From NCBI GenBank assembly GCA_040289575.1, contig PSLL01000029.1, positions 6,620 to 30,941 of the forward strand: a stretch of DNA of 24,322 nucleotides, written 5' to 3'. The position numbers and the translations under genes were made by a program. Positions 8,607 through 16,998 of this stretch are shown in pieces. Under the pieces are notes generated by a model. The model saw only the letters and a program-made list of their open reading frames with translations, searched no databases and was not told where the DNA came from. Position 1 is the stretch's first letter, and the number at the start of each line of letters is the position of its first letter. The stretch is from Candidatus Dadabacteria bacterium. GTDB taxonomy: Bacteria; Desulfobacterota_D; UBA1144; Nemesobacterales; CSP1-2.

Positions 8607-9938
8607 ATGAGAATGCGATCAAAAGCCGGACATTTCGGCTTATATACGTCTATACCTACTATAGTGATATTGGTTTTTAGTTTGTTCTTTTCTCCAAGTA
8701 TGTGCAGGGAGGCTTGGAGCGACGAAAGAGAGGATATAAAAAAGGAAATACAAGAACTCCAAGAGCAAATGCAGACTATGCAGAAAAAGCTAGAAGAGCT
8801 TGAGCAGAAGAATAAAGAGCTAGAAGATGAGGCGAAAAAACAAAAAGAAGAAAAAGTAATCAGTCAACCAACCCCTCCTCCACCTCAAGAGGGCGGATTT
8901 GTTAAAGGGCTTGTCCAGAGCCTTAATCCAGATATAAGCGCTATTGGAATATTTTCTGCCGCGTATTTTTCCACAAAACACCCCCCTCATCGTATTGGAA
9001 CCGACCCTGAGAATACGGGAATTAACCTACAGGAGGTTGAACTTGGGTTTCAGAGTGTTGTAGACCCATACTTTAGAGCTGATAGCTTTTTTTCATTTGG
9101 CAGAGACGGTGTTGAAGTCGAAGAGGCTTATTTAACCACACTATCTCTTCCACTTAATCTACAGATAAGGGCAGGTAAAATGAGGAGTAAGTTTGGAAGG
9201 ATAAACCTTCAGCATACGCACGTTCAGGATTTTGTAGATATTCCTCTTCCCTCCGCGAGTTTTATAAACGGAGAGCTAAGCCCTGTAGGGGTAGAGCTTA
9301 ATTATCTTCTCCCGCTTCCCTGGTATGCGGAATTGAGCGGTTCTATAAATAGCCCTGAGGGGCAAGAGCCTACATTTGCACGTGATCAGGATACAAACAG
9401 AATAGATAGGCTTCTATATGTAGCCCATCTTTCAAATTTCTTTGAGATCTCAGACTCATTATCCGCAATTGTAGGTGGCTCTTTTGCAACGGGCTCTAAT
9501 GGCACGGCTGAGGGTAACCGCTCAAACCTCTATGGTGCTGACCTTTTTGTCAAGTATCGCCCTTTAGAAAACTCCTCATACCAGACGGTTAAGCTACAGG
9601 CTGAGTTCTTTTATAGGCAAAGTGAGATAATCGAGGGAAGCTTTAATGATTGGGGGGCGTATGCGTATATTATCGATCGTTTTACACAGAGATGGGATGC
9701 CGGATTCAGATTCGACTTTGTAAACAGTAACAAAAGATTTCCTTCTATACAAGAGGGAGAACCAGTCCCGGCTCCAAAGGAATTGCGTTACGCTGTGCTT
9801 CTTAGATTTAGTCCATCTGAATTCTCAAGGATAGCTCTTCAGTATGAGTTTGACAATCCAAGTATCAGGAGTAATTTCCATGCTGTTTTTCTTCAATTTC
9901 AATATGCAATCGGTGCCCACGGCGCGCATCCATTTTAA
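8607..9938 (+). CDS. Putative zinc-regulated outer-membrane beta-barrel (porin-like) with N-terminal coiled coil
   Basis: Signal peptide, E/K/Q-rich coiled coil, Pro-rich linker, NPDIS...QSVVDPYFRAD, alternating beta-strand pattern, C-terminal GAHGAHPF ending in Phe; SD GGAGGTG at 8596-8602. Confidence 0.7.
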   Translation: MRMRSKAGHFGLYTSIPTIVILVFSLFFSPSMCREAWSDEREDIKKEIQELQEQMQTMQKKLEELEQKNKELEDEAKKQKEEKVISQPTPPPPQEGGFVKGLVQSLNPDISAIGIFSAAYFSTKHPPHRIGTDPENTGINLQEVELGFQSVVDPYFRADSFFSFGRDGVEVEEAYLTTLSLPLNLQIRAGKMRSKFGRINLQHTHVQDFVDIPLPSASFINGELSPVGVELNYLLPLPWYAELSGSINSPEGQEPTFARDQDTNRIDRLLYVAHLSNFFEISDSLSAIVGGSFATGSNGTAEGNRSNLYGADLFVKYRPLENSSYQTVKLQAEFFYRQSEIIEGSFNDWGAYAYIIDRFTQRWDAGFRFDFVNSNKRFPSIQEGEPVPAPKELRYAVLLRFSPSEFSRIALQYEFDNPSIRSNFHAVFLQFQYAIGAHGAHPF

Positions 9939-9957
9939 AAATAAGGAGGTCAATGTA

Positions 9958-10917
9958 ATGAGATTATATAAAGTTTTTCAATCTATAGCGTTACCCATTT
10001 GCTTAGTTTTACTCGGAGAGGCATTTCTGCTTGCTTTCGCTGAGGATGCATTAGCAAAGCCGAAGGTTGTTGGCTCACTTCCAGATTTTGCGTCAATAGC
10101 AGAGGAGATCGGAGGGGATAAGGTTGAAGTGATAAGCCTCGCAAAGGGATACCAAGCCCCCCACTTTGTAGATGGGAAGCCGAGCTTCATAGTCACTTTG
10201 AACAGGGCTGACTTGTTGATTCATAATGGTTTAGAATTAGAGATAGGTTGGCTTCCTCCGCTTATTACTGGGGCAAGAAACCCTAAAATTCTTCCCAATA
10301 ATATTGGCAATCTCGATTGCTCTACACTGATTTCAAATATCCTTGAGGTGCCTACCACAAAGATAGACCGAGGCATGGGGGACATTCATCCGGGCGGAAA
10401 TCCCCATTACATGCTCGATCCGAGAAATGGAATCGCGGTTGCAAGGGGGATTGCAGATAGGCTAAAACAAATTGACCCTAAGAATGCCTCTTACTACGAC
10501 GAACGTTTAGAGGGTTTTGCAAGGCGCCTTAGCGCAAAGATAAGGGAGTGGGATGAAAAACTCGCTCCTTATAGAGGAACCCAGATCGTTACATACCACA
10601 AGAGCTGGGTTTACTTCTCTAACTGGGCTGGATTTGAAGAGGTAGGGTATATAGAGCCAAAGCCAGGTATTCCGCCTTCGCCCTCTTATGTGGCCGACCT
10701 GATTGGGAGGATACAGAAGATGAATGTAAGGCTTGTCATAGCGGAGTCATTCTATCCCCAGAAGGTGCCGACTCTTATTGCACAAAAGGCAGGGGCTTCT
10801 TTTCTTACCCTGCCTTCAGAAGTAGGCGCGCGCGATGGGATAAATACATACTTTGATCTTTTTGATGTGATTGTTGGTGAAATTACATCTAAGTTGGCGA
10901 ATCACGGAAAAGGCTAG
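9958..10917 (+). CDS. Second Zn/Mn ABC substrate-binding protein
   Basis: AAGGAGGT RBS before ATG 9958; signal peptide; His ligand motifs PHF, DIHPGGNPHY and TYHKSW; EPKPGIPPSP. Confidence 0.85.
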   Translation: MRLYKVFQSIALPICLVLLGEAFLLAFAEDALAKPKVVGSLPDFASIAEEIGGDKVEVISLAKGYQAPHFVDGKPSFIVTLNRADLLIHNGLELEIGWLPPLITGARNPKILPNNIGNLDCSTLISNILEVPTTKIDRGMGDIHPGGNPHYMLDPRNGIAVARGIADRLKQIDPKNASYYDERLEGFARRLSAKIREWDEKLAPYRGTQIVTYHKSWVYFSNWAGFEEVGYIEPKPGIPPSPSYVADLIGRIQKMNVRLVIAESFYPQKVPTLIAQKAGASFLTLPSEVGARDGINTYFDLFDVIVGEITSKLANHGKG

Positions 10918-10927
10918 AGCTGATTTT

Positions 10928-10958
10928 GCAGAAGGGCAGGCGGGATAAGTCCTTCTGC
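10928..10958 (+). other. Intercistronic stem-loop between the SBP and ATPase genes
   Basis: GCAGAAGGGC / GTCCTTCTGC 10-bp stem (1 G-U) with an 11-nt loop and no U-tract. Confidence 0.55.
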
Positions 10959-10985
10959 GTATCATGTATTAAAAGGGAGATAAAA

Positions 10986-11750
10986 ATGGATCCATCTTTT
11001 CTAATAAAATTGGTAGGAGTTGTAATCGGATACGATAAAAGAGGATTGTTAGACCCTATAGACCTTTCTATTCAAAACAGGCAGTTTTGGGGAATAATTG
11101 GCCCAAACGGAGGCGGAAAAACGACTTTGCTGAAAACTATTTTGGGGCTTATCCCGCCTATAAGGGGAAAAGTAGAGTATGGGAAAGACCAAACTCTAAT
11201 ATTTGGGTATGTTCCCCAGCGCGAAAACTTTGATCACATATTTCCGATATCTGTTTCTGAGTTTGTTGCCATGGGGAGGTATATACGAATTCCGGTTGGC
11301 AGAAGGATTAAAAAGGAAGATCGGAGGGTTGTGATAGAGTGCCTTCGTAAGGTTGAGATTCCACATCTAAAGGACCGCCCATTCAGATCGCTCTCGGGGG
11401 GCGAAAAGCAGCGTACACTCATTGCCCATGCACTTGCCGGGGAACCGGATGTATTGATCCTTGATGAGCCCACGGCCTCAATGGATATTAAGGGGGAGAC
11501 TGCTATTATGGAATTAATAGAGAAAATAAAAGAGAAAGACAACCTCGCGATTCTTATGGTGAGTCATTTTCTGAACGCTGTTGCCAGATTTGCCGACCAT
11601 GTAGTTGTAATTGATAAAGATAGTAATATCTTTCGCGCAGGGACTATGAATGAGGTTTTTAATGATGAGACCTTAAGCAGAGTTTTTGGATTAGATGTAA
11701 CTGTAAACCAGGTTGAAGGTAAGGTGCGGATATATGCAACGGTTAGCTAA
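10986..11750 (+). CDS. Second Zn/Mn ABC transporter ATPase
   Basis: GGGAG RBS before ATG 10986; GPNGGGKTT, LSGGEKQR, LILDEP, VSH. Confidence 0.85.
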   Translation: MDPSFLIKLVGVVIGYDKRGLLDPIDLSIQNRQFWGIIGPNGGGKTTLLKTILGLIPPIRGKVEYGKDQTLIFGYVPQRENFDHIFPISVSEFVAMGRYIRIPVGRRIKKEDRRVVIECLRKVEIPHLKDRPFRSLSGGEKQRTLIAHALAGEPDVLILDEPTASMDIKGETAIMELIEKIKEKDNLAILMVSHFLNAVARFADHVVVIDKDSNIFRAGTMNEVFNDETLSRVFGLDVTVNQVEGKVRIYATVS

Positions 11751-11762
11751 AAGGAGCTATAT

Positions 11763-12248
11763 ATGACAGAGCAAACTACAATTAATCCCAATCAGCAAAT
11801 ACAGGGCTGGGTTATTGAGGCATTTAATTTGCCAAAGAAAACAGTGGTTGATATAAATAAGCGTGAATGCATCGAAGGGCAGCGCTCTTCAATGGATACT
11901 ATTATAACCGTTCATTCATGTAGAGATCACACACATGAATATACAATCCCTAAGCTTCCCAACAACATAAGATATGAGGATATAGAGCTGCTGAGAACCG
12001 GGAATGAACACGAACACCATATTTATAAAAAGAACACTGTTCTTGGTTACTTATTTCGGTTTTCCATCTGGTGGCTCAGTTTGTCGGGATTGTATATGAT
12101 GTTTGCTGCATGTCCATGTTGCGGGCAGGTTGGTTGCCCGGTTGGAGCGGGTACGGCCGGTCTTGTAGGCGGAGTCTTCGCCCTATGTAAGCAAAATTGG
12201 AGGGGGCCTATTAGATTTATATATGGTAGGTTGTTTAGAGGGAAGTAG
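11763..12248 (+). CDS. Hypothetical His/Cys-rich membrane protein
   Basis: AAGGAG RBS; HSCRDHTHE and HEHH clusters; CPCCGQVGCP between two hydrophobic segments. Confidence 0.7.
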   Translation: MTEQTTINPNQQIQGWVIEAFNLPKKTVVDINKRECIEGQRSSMDTIITVHSCRDHTHEYTIPKLPNNIRYEDIELLRTGNEHEHHIYKKNTVLGYLFRFSIWWLSLSGLYMMFAACPCCGQVGCPVGAGTAGLVGGVFALCKQNWRGPIRFIYGRLFRGK

Positions 12249-12294
12249 ATTGGGTTTGGCTAAAAAGTCTAGGTAAAGATTAGGAGCGATTATT

Positions 12295-13161
12295 TTGGAT
12301 ACTTTCTCATTTGGAGAGTTTATAAAGAGCTACTTTCTCTGGCGTGACCCTATGATTGTTGGGGCTGTATCTGGAGCTATATGCGGGTTTCTAGGAGTCT
12401 ATGTGGTTCTGCGCCGGATTGTTTTTGTAGGTGCGATGCTCTCTCAGGTCTCAAGCTTTGGTGTGGCCCTTGCCTTTTACCTTCAGGGGTTTACTGTTCT
12501 CAGTTTATTTAGGTCTTTAATTGATCCATTTACTTTGTCACTGATTATGACAGCGGTGGCCGTGCTTTTTTTTGCATTAAAGAGTGATTTTCTTCGTATA
12601 AGCCAGGAGGGAGCCATAGGGTTCGGGTATCTACTTGCTTCTGGAATCGTGGTGATTATAGGCAGCTTAATTACACGGGAGGCTCACGATATAGCCGACA
12701 TACTCTTTGGAAGCGCTGTTGTTGTGGATACGAAAGAGGTTTACATTGTGCCTGCCGTAGCCCTCCTTTCGATTGTCATTCACTGGGTGTTATTCAAGGA
12801 CTTTATATTTGTTTCTTTCGATCCCGAGACAGCAAGGTTGTTTAAGTATCCGGTGAGGGTACTAAACACAATTCTGCTTCTCACAATTGGGATTGTGATA
12901 GCCGTCACAACTCGCGCCCTCGGGGCGTTGCCTGTTTTTGCTTTAGTTGTTCTCCCTTCTCTTACCGCGCTTTTCTTAACTGAAAAGCTGAGATGGGTTT
13001 TTATACTCTCGGTTTTAATCGGAGTTTTATCTGCGGTGCTCGGTTATTATTTTTCTTTTGTCCTGTCTCTTCCAACAGGCGCTTCCATAACAACTTGCGC
13101 ATCTCTGTTTTTTATTTTAGGAACGGGATGGCAGGGGATTAGTCGTTTTATATGGACCTAA
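12295..13161 (+). CDS. Second Zn/Mn ABC transporter permease
   Basis: AGGAG RBS with TTG start; LGVYVVLRR, ILFGS and SFDPETA ABC-3 motifs. Confidence 0.85.
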   Translation: MDTFSFGEFIKSYFLWRDPMIVGAVSGAICGFLGVYVVLRRIVFVGAMLSQVSSFGVALAFYLQGFTVLSLFRSLIDPFTLSLIMTAVAVLFFALKSDFLRISQEGAIGFGYLLASGIVVIIGSLITREAHDIADILFGSAVVVDTKEVYIVPAVALLSIVIHWVLFKDFIFVSFDPETARLFKYPVRVLNTILLLTIGIVIAVTTRALGALPVFALVVLPSLTALFLTEKLRWVFILSVLIGVLSAVLGYYFSFVLSLPTGASITTCASLFFILGTGWQGISRFIWT

Positions 13162-13164
13162 AGA

Positions 13165-13695
13165 GTGGAAGGGATAAGTAACATGTCAATCATAGAATTC
13201 GTGTTTAAAACCTATAGGCCTATTCTGTTGGCACCCACCTTTGGTATGATTTTTCTTATTTTAATAGACTGTTCGAGATATGAGGATGTAAGAAAAGGTC
13301 TTTTCCCTCAATACTTCAAATGTGATGTAGTACAAGTTATTGATGGTGGTAGCTTTTACTGCCAGTTTCAGAGGGACAAAGAGATAGAAAAAATTAGATT
13401 GACTAGCATCGAGATACCGGAATCAATCAGAGAAAGGGCAACAAGGTTTACTCAATCTCTTCTCGCAAGAGGAATTCCGGTGAGAATTGAACAAGATGTG
13501 GAGGGTAGAGACGAACATGGACGCGTTCTTGCTTATGTATATTTGCCTGGTGGGAGGATGCTTAATACCTTGCTTATTCAGGAAGGATATGCCCGTGTTA
13601 TGATAAATCTGCCTAATATCAAGTATAGGGATTTATTCTTGAACCTACAGAAAGAGGCGAAAGAGCAAGGTAAAGGACTGTGGAGAATTAAGTAG
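13165..13695 (+). CDS. Staphylococcal-nuclease (thermonuclease) family protein with altered active site
   Basis: VIDGGSF, IRLTSIEIPE, DEHGRVLAYVY, LIQEGYA and KGLW motifs; hydrophobic N-terminus ending in Cys. Start is GTG 13165 or ATG 13183. Confidence 0.8.
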   Translation: MEGISNMSIIEFVFKTYRPILLAPTFGMIFLILIDCSRYEDVRKGLFPQYFKCDVVQVIDGGSFYCQFQRDKEIEKIRLTSIEIPESIRERATRFTQSLLARGIPVRIEQDVEGRDEHGRVLAYVYLPGGRMLNTLLIQEGYARVMINLPNIKYRDLFLNLQKEAKEQGKGLWRIK

Positions 13696-13745
13696 ATCAA
13701 TCCTTCCAATCTATTGTTTAAATTTTAAAATATGCGATTTACCCC

Positions 13746-13775
13746 TTTACATATCAATTCAGATAGGTATATAAT
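13746..13775 (+). promoter_or_regulatory. Putative sigma70 promoter of the LysM-NlpC/P60 gene
   Basis: TTTACA (13746-13751), 18-bp spacer, TATAAT (13770-13775). Confidence 0.5.
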
Positions 13776-13908
13776 CTGAGATATTTTTTTATTTGCTCTT
13801 TGAAAATAACTGACCTTTGAATATGGGTGGAAGGTTTCATCCGAGTTGTTTCTTCATACCTCTGGGGTGCGGCGGTTTTTCATAATCAGTTCCTGCAGGA
13901 GGTGTAAG

Positions 13909-15378
13909 ATGATAACAAAACGTTCTGCTCTTATGGTACTCTTATTTTTCCTTCCAGCTACTGCTTTTGCTGCTAAAAGATATGTTGTTAAGCAGGGGGA
14001 CAATTTATCGAGTCTTGCAAAGAGGTTTCGAGTTTCTCTTCTGAGTATAAAGAGGGTAAATGGTCTGAGTAGTGATAGGCTAAATGTCGGCGATACTATA
14101 TTAATTCTCGATTCTAAAGATGATAAGACATTGGTGGTTAATCAGACTGTAGACAGTGGCCAGGTAATTCAACAGGTTCAAAGTCAGGACATCAGCAAAG
14201 AATCTTCTCAAAATCGAGTTACTAATAGCGGACAATACATCGTCACTCAGGGTGATACGTTATCCCGAATCGGTAAAAATTTTGGAATTTCTCCCAGAGA
14301 TATAATAAGACAAAATAATTTAAGGAATACTAAACTGCAAACAGGGCAGAGGCTTACTATACCTTCTATATCCAAGTCCAATAAAATACCATTAATGGCC
14401 GGATATCCCAGTGTATCCAATGGTGCGGGTAGATCGGCAGAATCTCAAAAGGTTTCACCTTACAATGAGCCTCGCGAGTATTTTGTCAAAAGTGGCGATA
14501 CGCTGAGCGGTATAGGAAAGAGGTTCGGGGTTTCCGTTAAGAGTCTAAAGGATGCAAATGGGCTGAGATCGAGTCATCTTAAAATTGGAGCGAGGCTTAT
14601 AATTCCCAACATCCTTTCGATAAATGGCAAAACCCAGGCTGCTGGAGGAAAAGAGTCTGTTCCCCTCAATGTAAATGAAACTACCAGGTACGTTGTTAAA
14701 AGGGCTGACAATCTAACCCTAATAGCAAGAAAATTTAATGTGTCTGTAGAGGACTTAAAGAACATAAACCACATTGAGAAAAATACCATACGAATTGGTC
14801 AGGCCATAAGCATTCCGACTCAGACTAAGGTCGTAAAATTAGGCACGGATGGCATTAACGTAATTCGAGACCAAGATAAGACAGATATAAAGGCACCACT
14901 TAAGGTTAAAGATGGCAATTATAAGGAAGACGAAGACAATAACGGTGCCATCTCTAGGGATAGTATTATAAAAATAGCAAAGAGATTTCTCGGCGTCCCT
15001 TATAAATTCGGAGGAACCTCTCTTATTAAAGGCCTTGATTGCTCTGCATTTGTAGGCAAGGTATTTAGTTTTCTCAATGTTGACCTTCCAAGAACTGCGC
15101 GGGAGCTTTTCGGAGTCGGACGCCGTGTGGAAAGAAGCCAGCTTACCACGGGGGATCTCGTATTTTTTAGAACCCATGCGAGTTATCCCTCTCACGTTGG
15201 AATCTATATGGGAGATAGTGAGTTTATTCATGCATCCCCTAAAGCCCACATGGTAACAATTGACAGCATGAATCGTCCTTATTTCATAAAGAGATATATA
15301 GGAGCCCGGAGAATCGAAAAGGCCGGTTTATTTTATGAAGAGCTGTCACACGATTATAAAGGCTTTGAGAGACAGTGA
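13909..15378 (+). CDS. Secreted peptidoglycan endopeptidase: 4 x LysM plus NlpC/P60
   Basis: AGGAGGT RBS before ATG 13909; signal peptide ending AFA; four Y-x-V-x-x-(G/A)-D-x-L LysM repeats; catalytic motifs LDCSAF, SHVGIY and FIHA. Confidence 0.9.
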   Translation: MITKRSALMVLLFFLPATAFAAKRYVVKQGDNLSSLAKRFRVSLLSIKRVNGLSSDRLNVGDTILILDSKDDKTLVVNQTVDSGQVIQQVQSQDISKESSQNRVTNSGQYIVTQGDTLSRIGKNFGISPRDIIRQNNLRNTKLQTGQRLTIPSISKSNKIPLMAGYPSVSNGAGRSAESQKVSPYNEPREYFVKSGDTLSGIGKRFGVSVKSLKDANGLRSSHLKIGARLIIPNILSINGKTQAAGGKESVPLNVNETTRYVVKRADNLTLIARKFNVSVEDLKNINHIEKNTIRIGQAISIPTQTKVVKLGTDGINVIRDQDKTDIKAPLKVKDGNYKEDEDNNGAISRDSIIKIAKRFLGVPYKFGGTSLIKGLDCSAFVGKVFSFLNVDLPRTARELFGVGRRVERSQLTTGDLVFFRTHASYPSHVGIYMGDSEFIHASPKAHMVTIDSMNRPYFIKRYIGARRIEKAGLFYEELSHDYKGFERQ

Positions 15379-15532
15379 CGGGTTTTCTCTGTTCATTTAC
15401 TTTGGCTGACGGGGATTAGTAGTATCAATATAATCATTCCAAAATATTGATTAAACTGTAGAGACATATGACTGTCTGCGCCTAACTAACGGGCGCAACA
15501 AATAGAAGAGTCATATCGGACCCGTGTCAGAT

Positions 15533-15561
15533 TTGAAATGCCCAAGGCCGATATGTATATT
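15533..15561 (+). promoter_or_regulatory. Putative sigma70 promoter of xerC-hslVU
   Basis: TTGAAA (15533-15538), 17-bp spacer, TATATT (15556-15561), 8 nt before the xerC ATG. Confidence 0.55.
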
Positions 15562-15569
15562 ATTTAAAA

Positions 15570-16460
15570 ATGATTGCCTATATTAGTAGGTTTAGAGATT
15601 TCCTTATCTCCGAGAGGAATTACTCGGATCACACCGTCAGGGCTTATATGGCCGATCTTTCAGAGTTCAACGGTTTTCTAAAGGAGAGGGGAATCTTAAA
15701 CGATGGTGACAATATCTCCTGCGTAGATGAGGTCTCTATCAGGGCATATATTGGCTGGCTCTATGGAAGGAAGAATTCAAAAAAGACTATATCGAGAAAG
15801 CTCGCGTCAATAAGAACATTCTTCGAGTTTCTTATGAGGGAGGGAATTTTACGTAAGAACCCTGCAAAGCTAATTCCTACGCCGAAGGGAGAAAAAAAGC
15901 TTCCCGCTTTTTTAACCGTGGATGAGGCGTTTAAACTAATTGGAACGGCTGAAACCAAAAGGGTTCTTGGTCTCAGGGATAGGGCAATTCTAGAACTTCT
16001 TTACTCAAGCGGCATCAGGGTAAGTGAGCTTGTGGGGATAAATTTAAGCAATATAGATCTCACAGGCTCTCTTCTAAAGGTACTCGGAAAGGGAAGTAAA
16101 GAGAGGGTTGTGCCGCTTGGCTCTAAAGCCCAAGAAGCGATTCGGCAATTTATGGAAAGGAGGCACGAGCTCCATCCAAAGGGCGATTTTCTTTTTGTGA
16201 ACTCTCGAGGCGGTAGGCTTACTACGAGAAGCGTAGGAAGGATGGTAAAGAAGTATTCCATTATTTCGGGAATTCCAAAGAATGTGAGTCCCCATGTTCT
16301 GAGACACACATTTGCCACTCATCTTCTGGGGGGTGGCGCGGATCTGCGTGCAATTCAGGAGATGCTCGGGCACAGCAGTCTTTCGACGACTCAGCGCTAT
16401 ACACATACATCAATTGAAAAGATCATGGAGATTTATGATAAAACTCATCCGAGGGCATAA
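15570..16460 (+). CDS. xerC: Tyrosine recombinase XerC
   Basis: [55 protein letters not shown]-terminus; sits upstream of hslVU. Confidence 0.9.
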   Translation: MIAYISRFRDFLISERNYSDHTVRAYMADLSEFNGFLKERGILNDGDNISCVDEVSIRAYIGWLYGRKNSKKTISRKLASIRTFFEFLMREGILRKNPAKLIPTPKGEKKLPAFLTVDEAFKLIGTAETKRVLGLRDRAILELLYSSGIRVSELVGINLSNIDLTGSLLKVLGKGSKERVVPLGSKAQEAIRQFMERRHELHPKGDFLFVNSRGGRLTTRSVGRMVKKYSIISGIPKNVSPHVLRHTFATHLLGGGADLRAIQEMLGHSSLSTTQRYTHTSIEKIMEIYDKTHPRA

Positions 16461-16461
16461 A

Positions 16462-16995
16462 ATGAATGGGTTTCATGGAACAACTATAGTTTGTGTAAAG
16501 AGAAACGGACACGTAGCTATGGGTGGAGATGGCCAGGTGACGTTGGGACAGACTGCAATAAAACACACGGCTAGAAAGGTGAGAAAGATTTATAATGATA
16601 AGGTGATAGTCGGTTTTTCAGGAGCTACGGCAGATGCCCTTACCCTTTTTGATAAGTTTGAGTCAAAGCTCGAAGAGTATAGGGGAAACCTCAAAAGAGC
16701 CGCCGTAGAGCTCGCAAAGGACTGGCGGACGGACAGGATGTTAAGGAGACTCGAAGCGCTCATTGCTATTGCGGATAAGGATAGCATGTTCCTTATTTCC
16801 GGAAGCGGAGATGTTCTTGAGCCAGATGATGACGTAATAGCAATCGGCTCTGGCGGAGCTTATGCCCAGTCTGCGGCAAAGGCTTTAATTAGACATTCCA
16901 GACTAGAGGCGAGGTCAATTGTAGAAGAGTCTCTTCGAATTGCATCAGAGGTGTGCATTTACACAAACGATAAAATCGTAGTAGAGGTTCTATAA
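16462..16995 (+). CDS. hslV: ATP-dependent protease subunit HslV
   Basis: ATG 16462 right after the xerC stop; short propeptide MNGFHG then catalytic [28 protein letters not shown]. Confidence 0.95.
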   Translation: MNGFHGTTIVCVKRNGHVAMGGDGQVTLGQTAIKHTARKVRKIYNDKVIVGFSGATADALTLFDKFESKLEEYRGNLKRAAVELAKDWRTDRMLRRLEALIAIADKDSMFLISGSGDVLEPDDDVIAIGSGGAYAQSAAKALIRHSRLEARSIVEESLRIASEVCIYTNDKIVVEVL

Positions 16996-16998
16996 GGT

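Noticed and set aside
9844..9957. N-terminal extension of the second SBP, and an ATG-TAA mini-ORF at 9953-9958
   Set aside because: The extension overlaps the barrel gene, and the RBS fits ATG 9958. The mini-ORF ATG is only 2 nt from GGAGGT, too close for efficient initiation.
15570..16460. xerC as the integrase of a mobile element
   Set aside because: The HPRA C-terminus and coupling to hslVU indicate housekeeping XerC.
16312..16461. Long N-terminal extension of HslV in the ORF track
   Set aside because: It overlaps xerC out of frame; ATG 16462 gives the normal short propeptide before the catalytic Thr.
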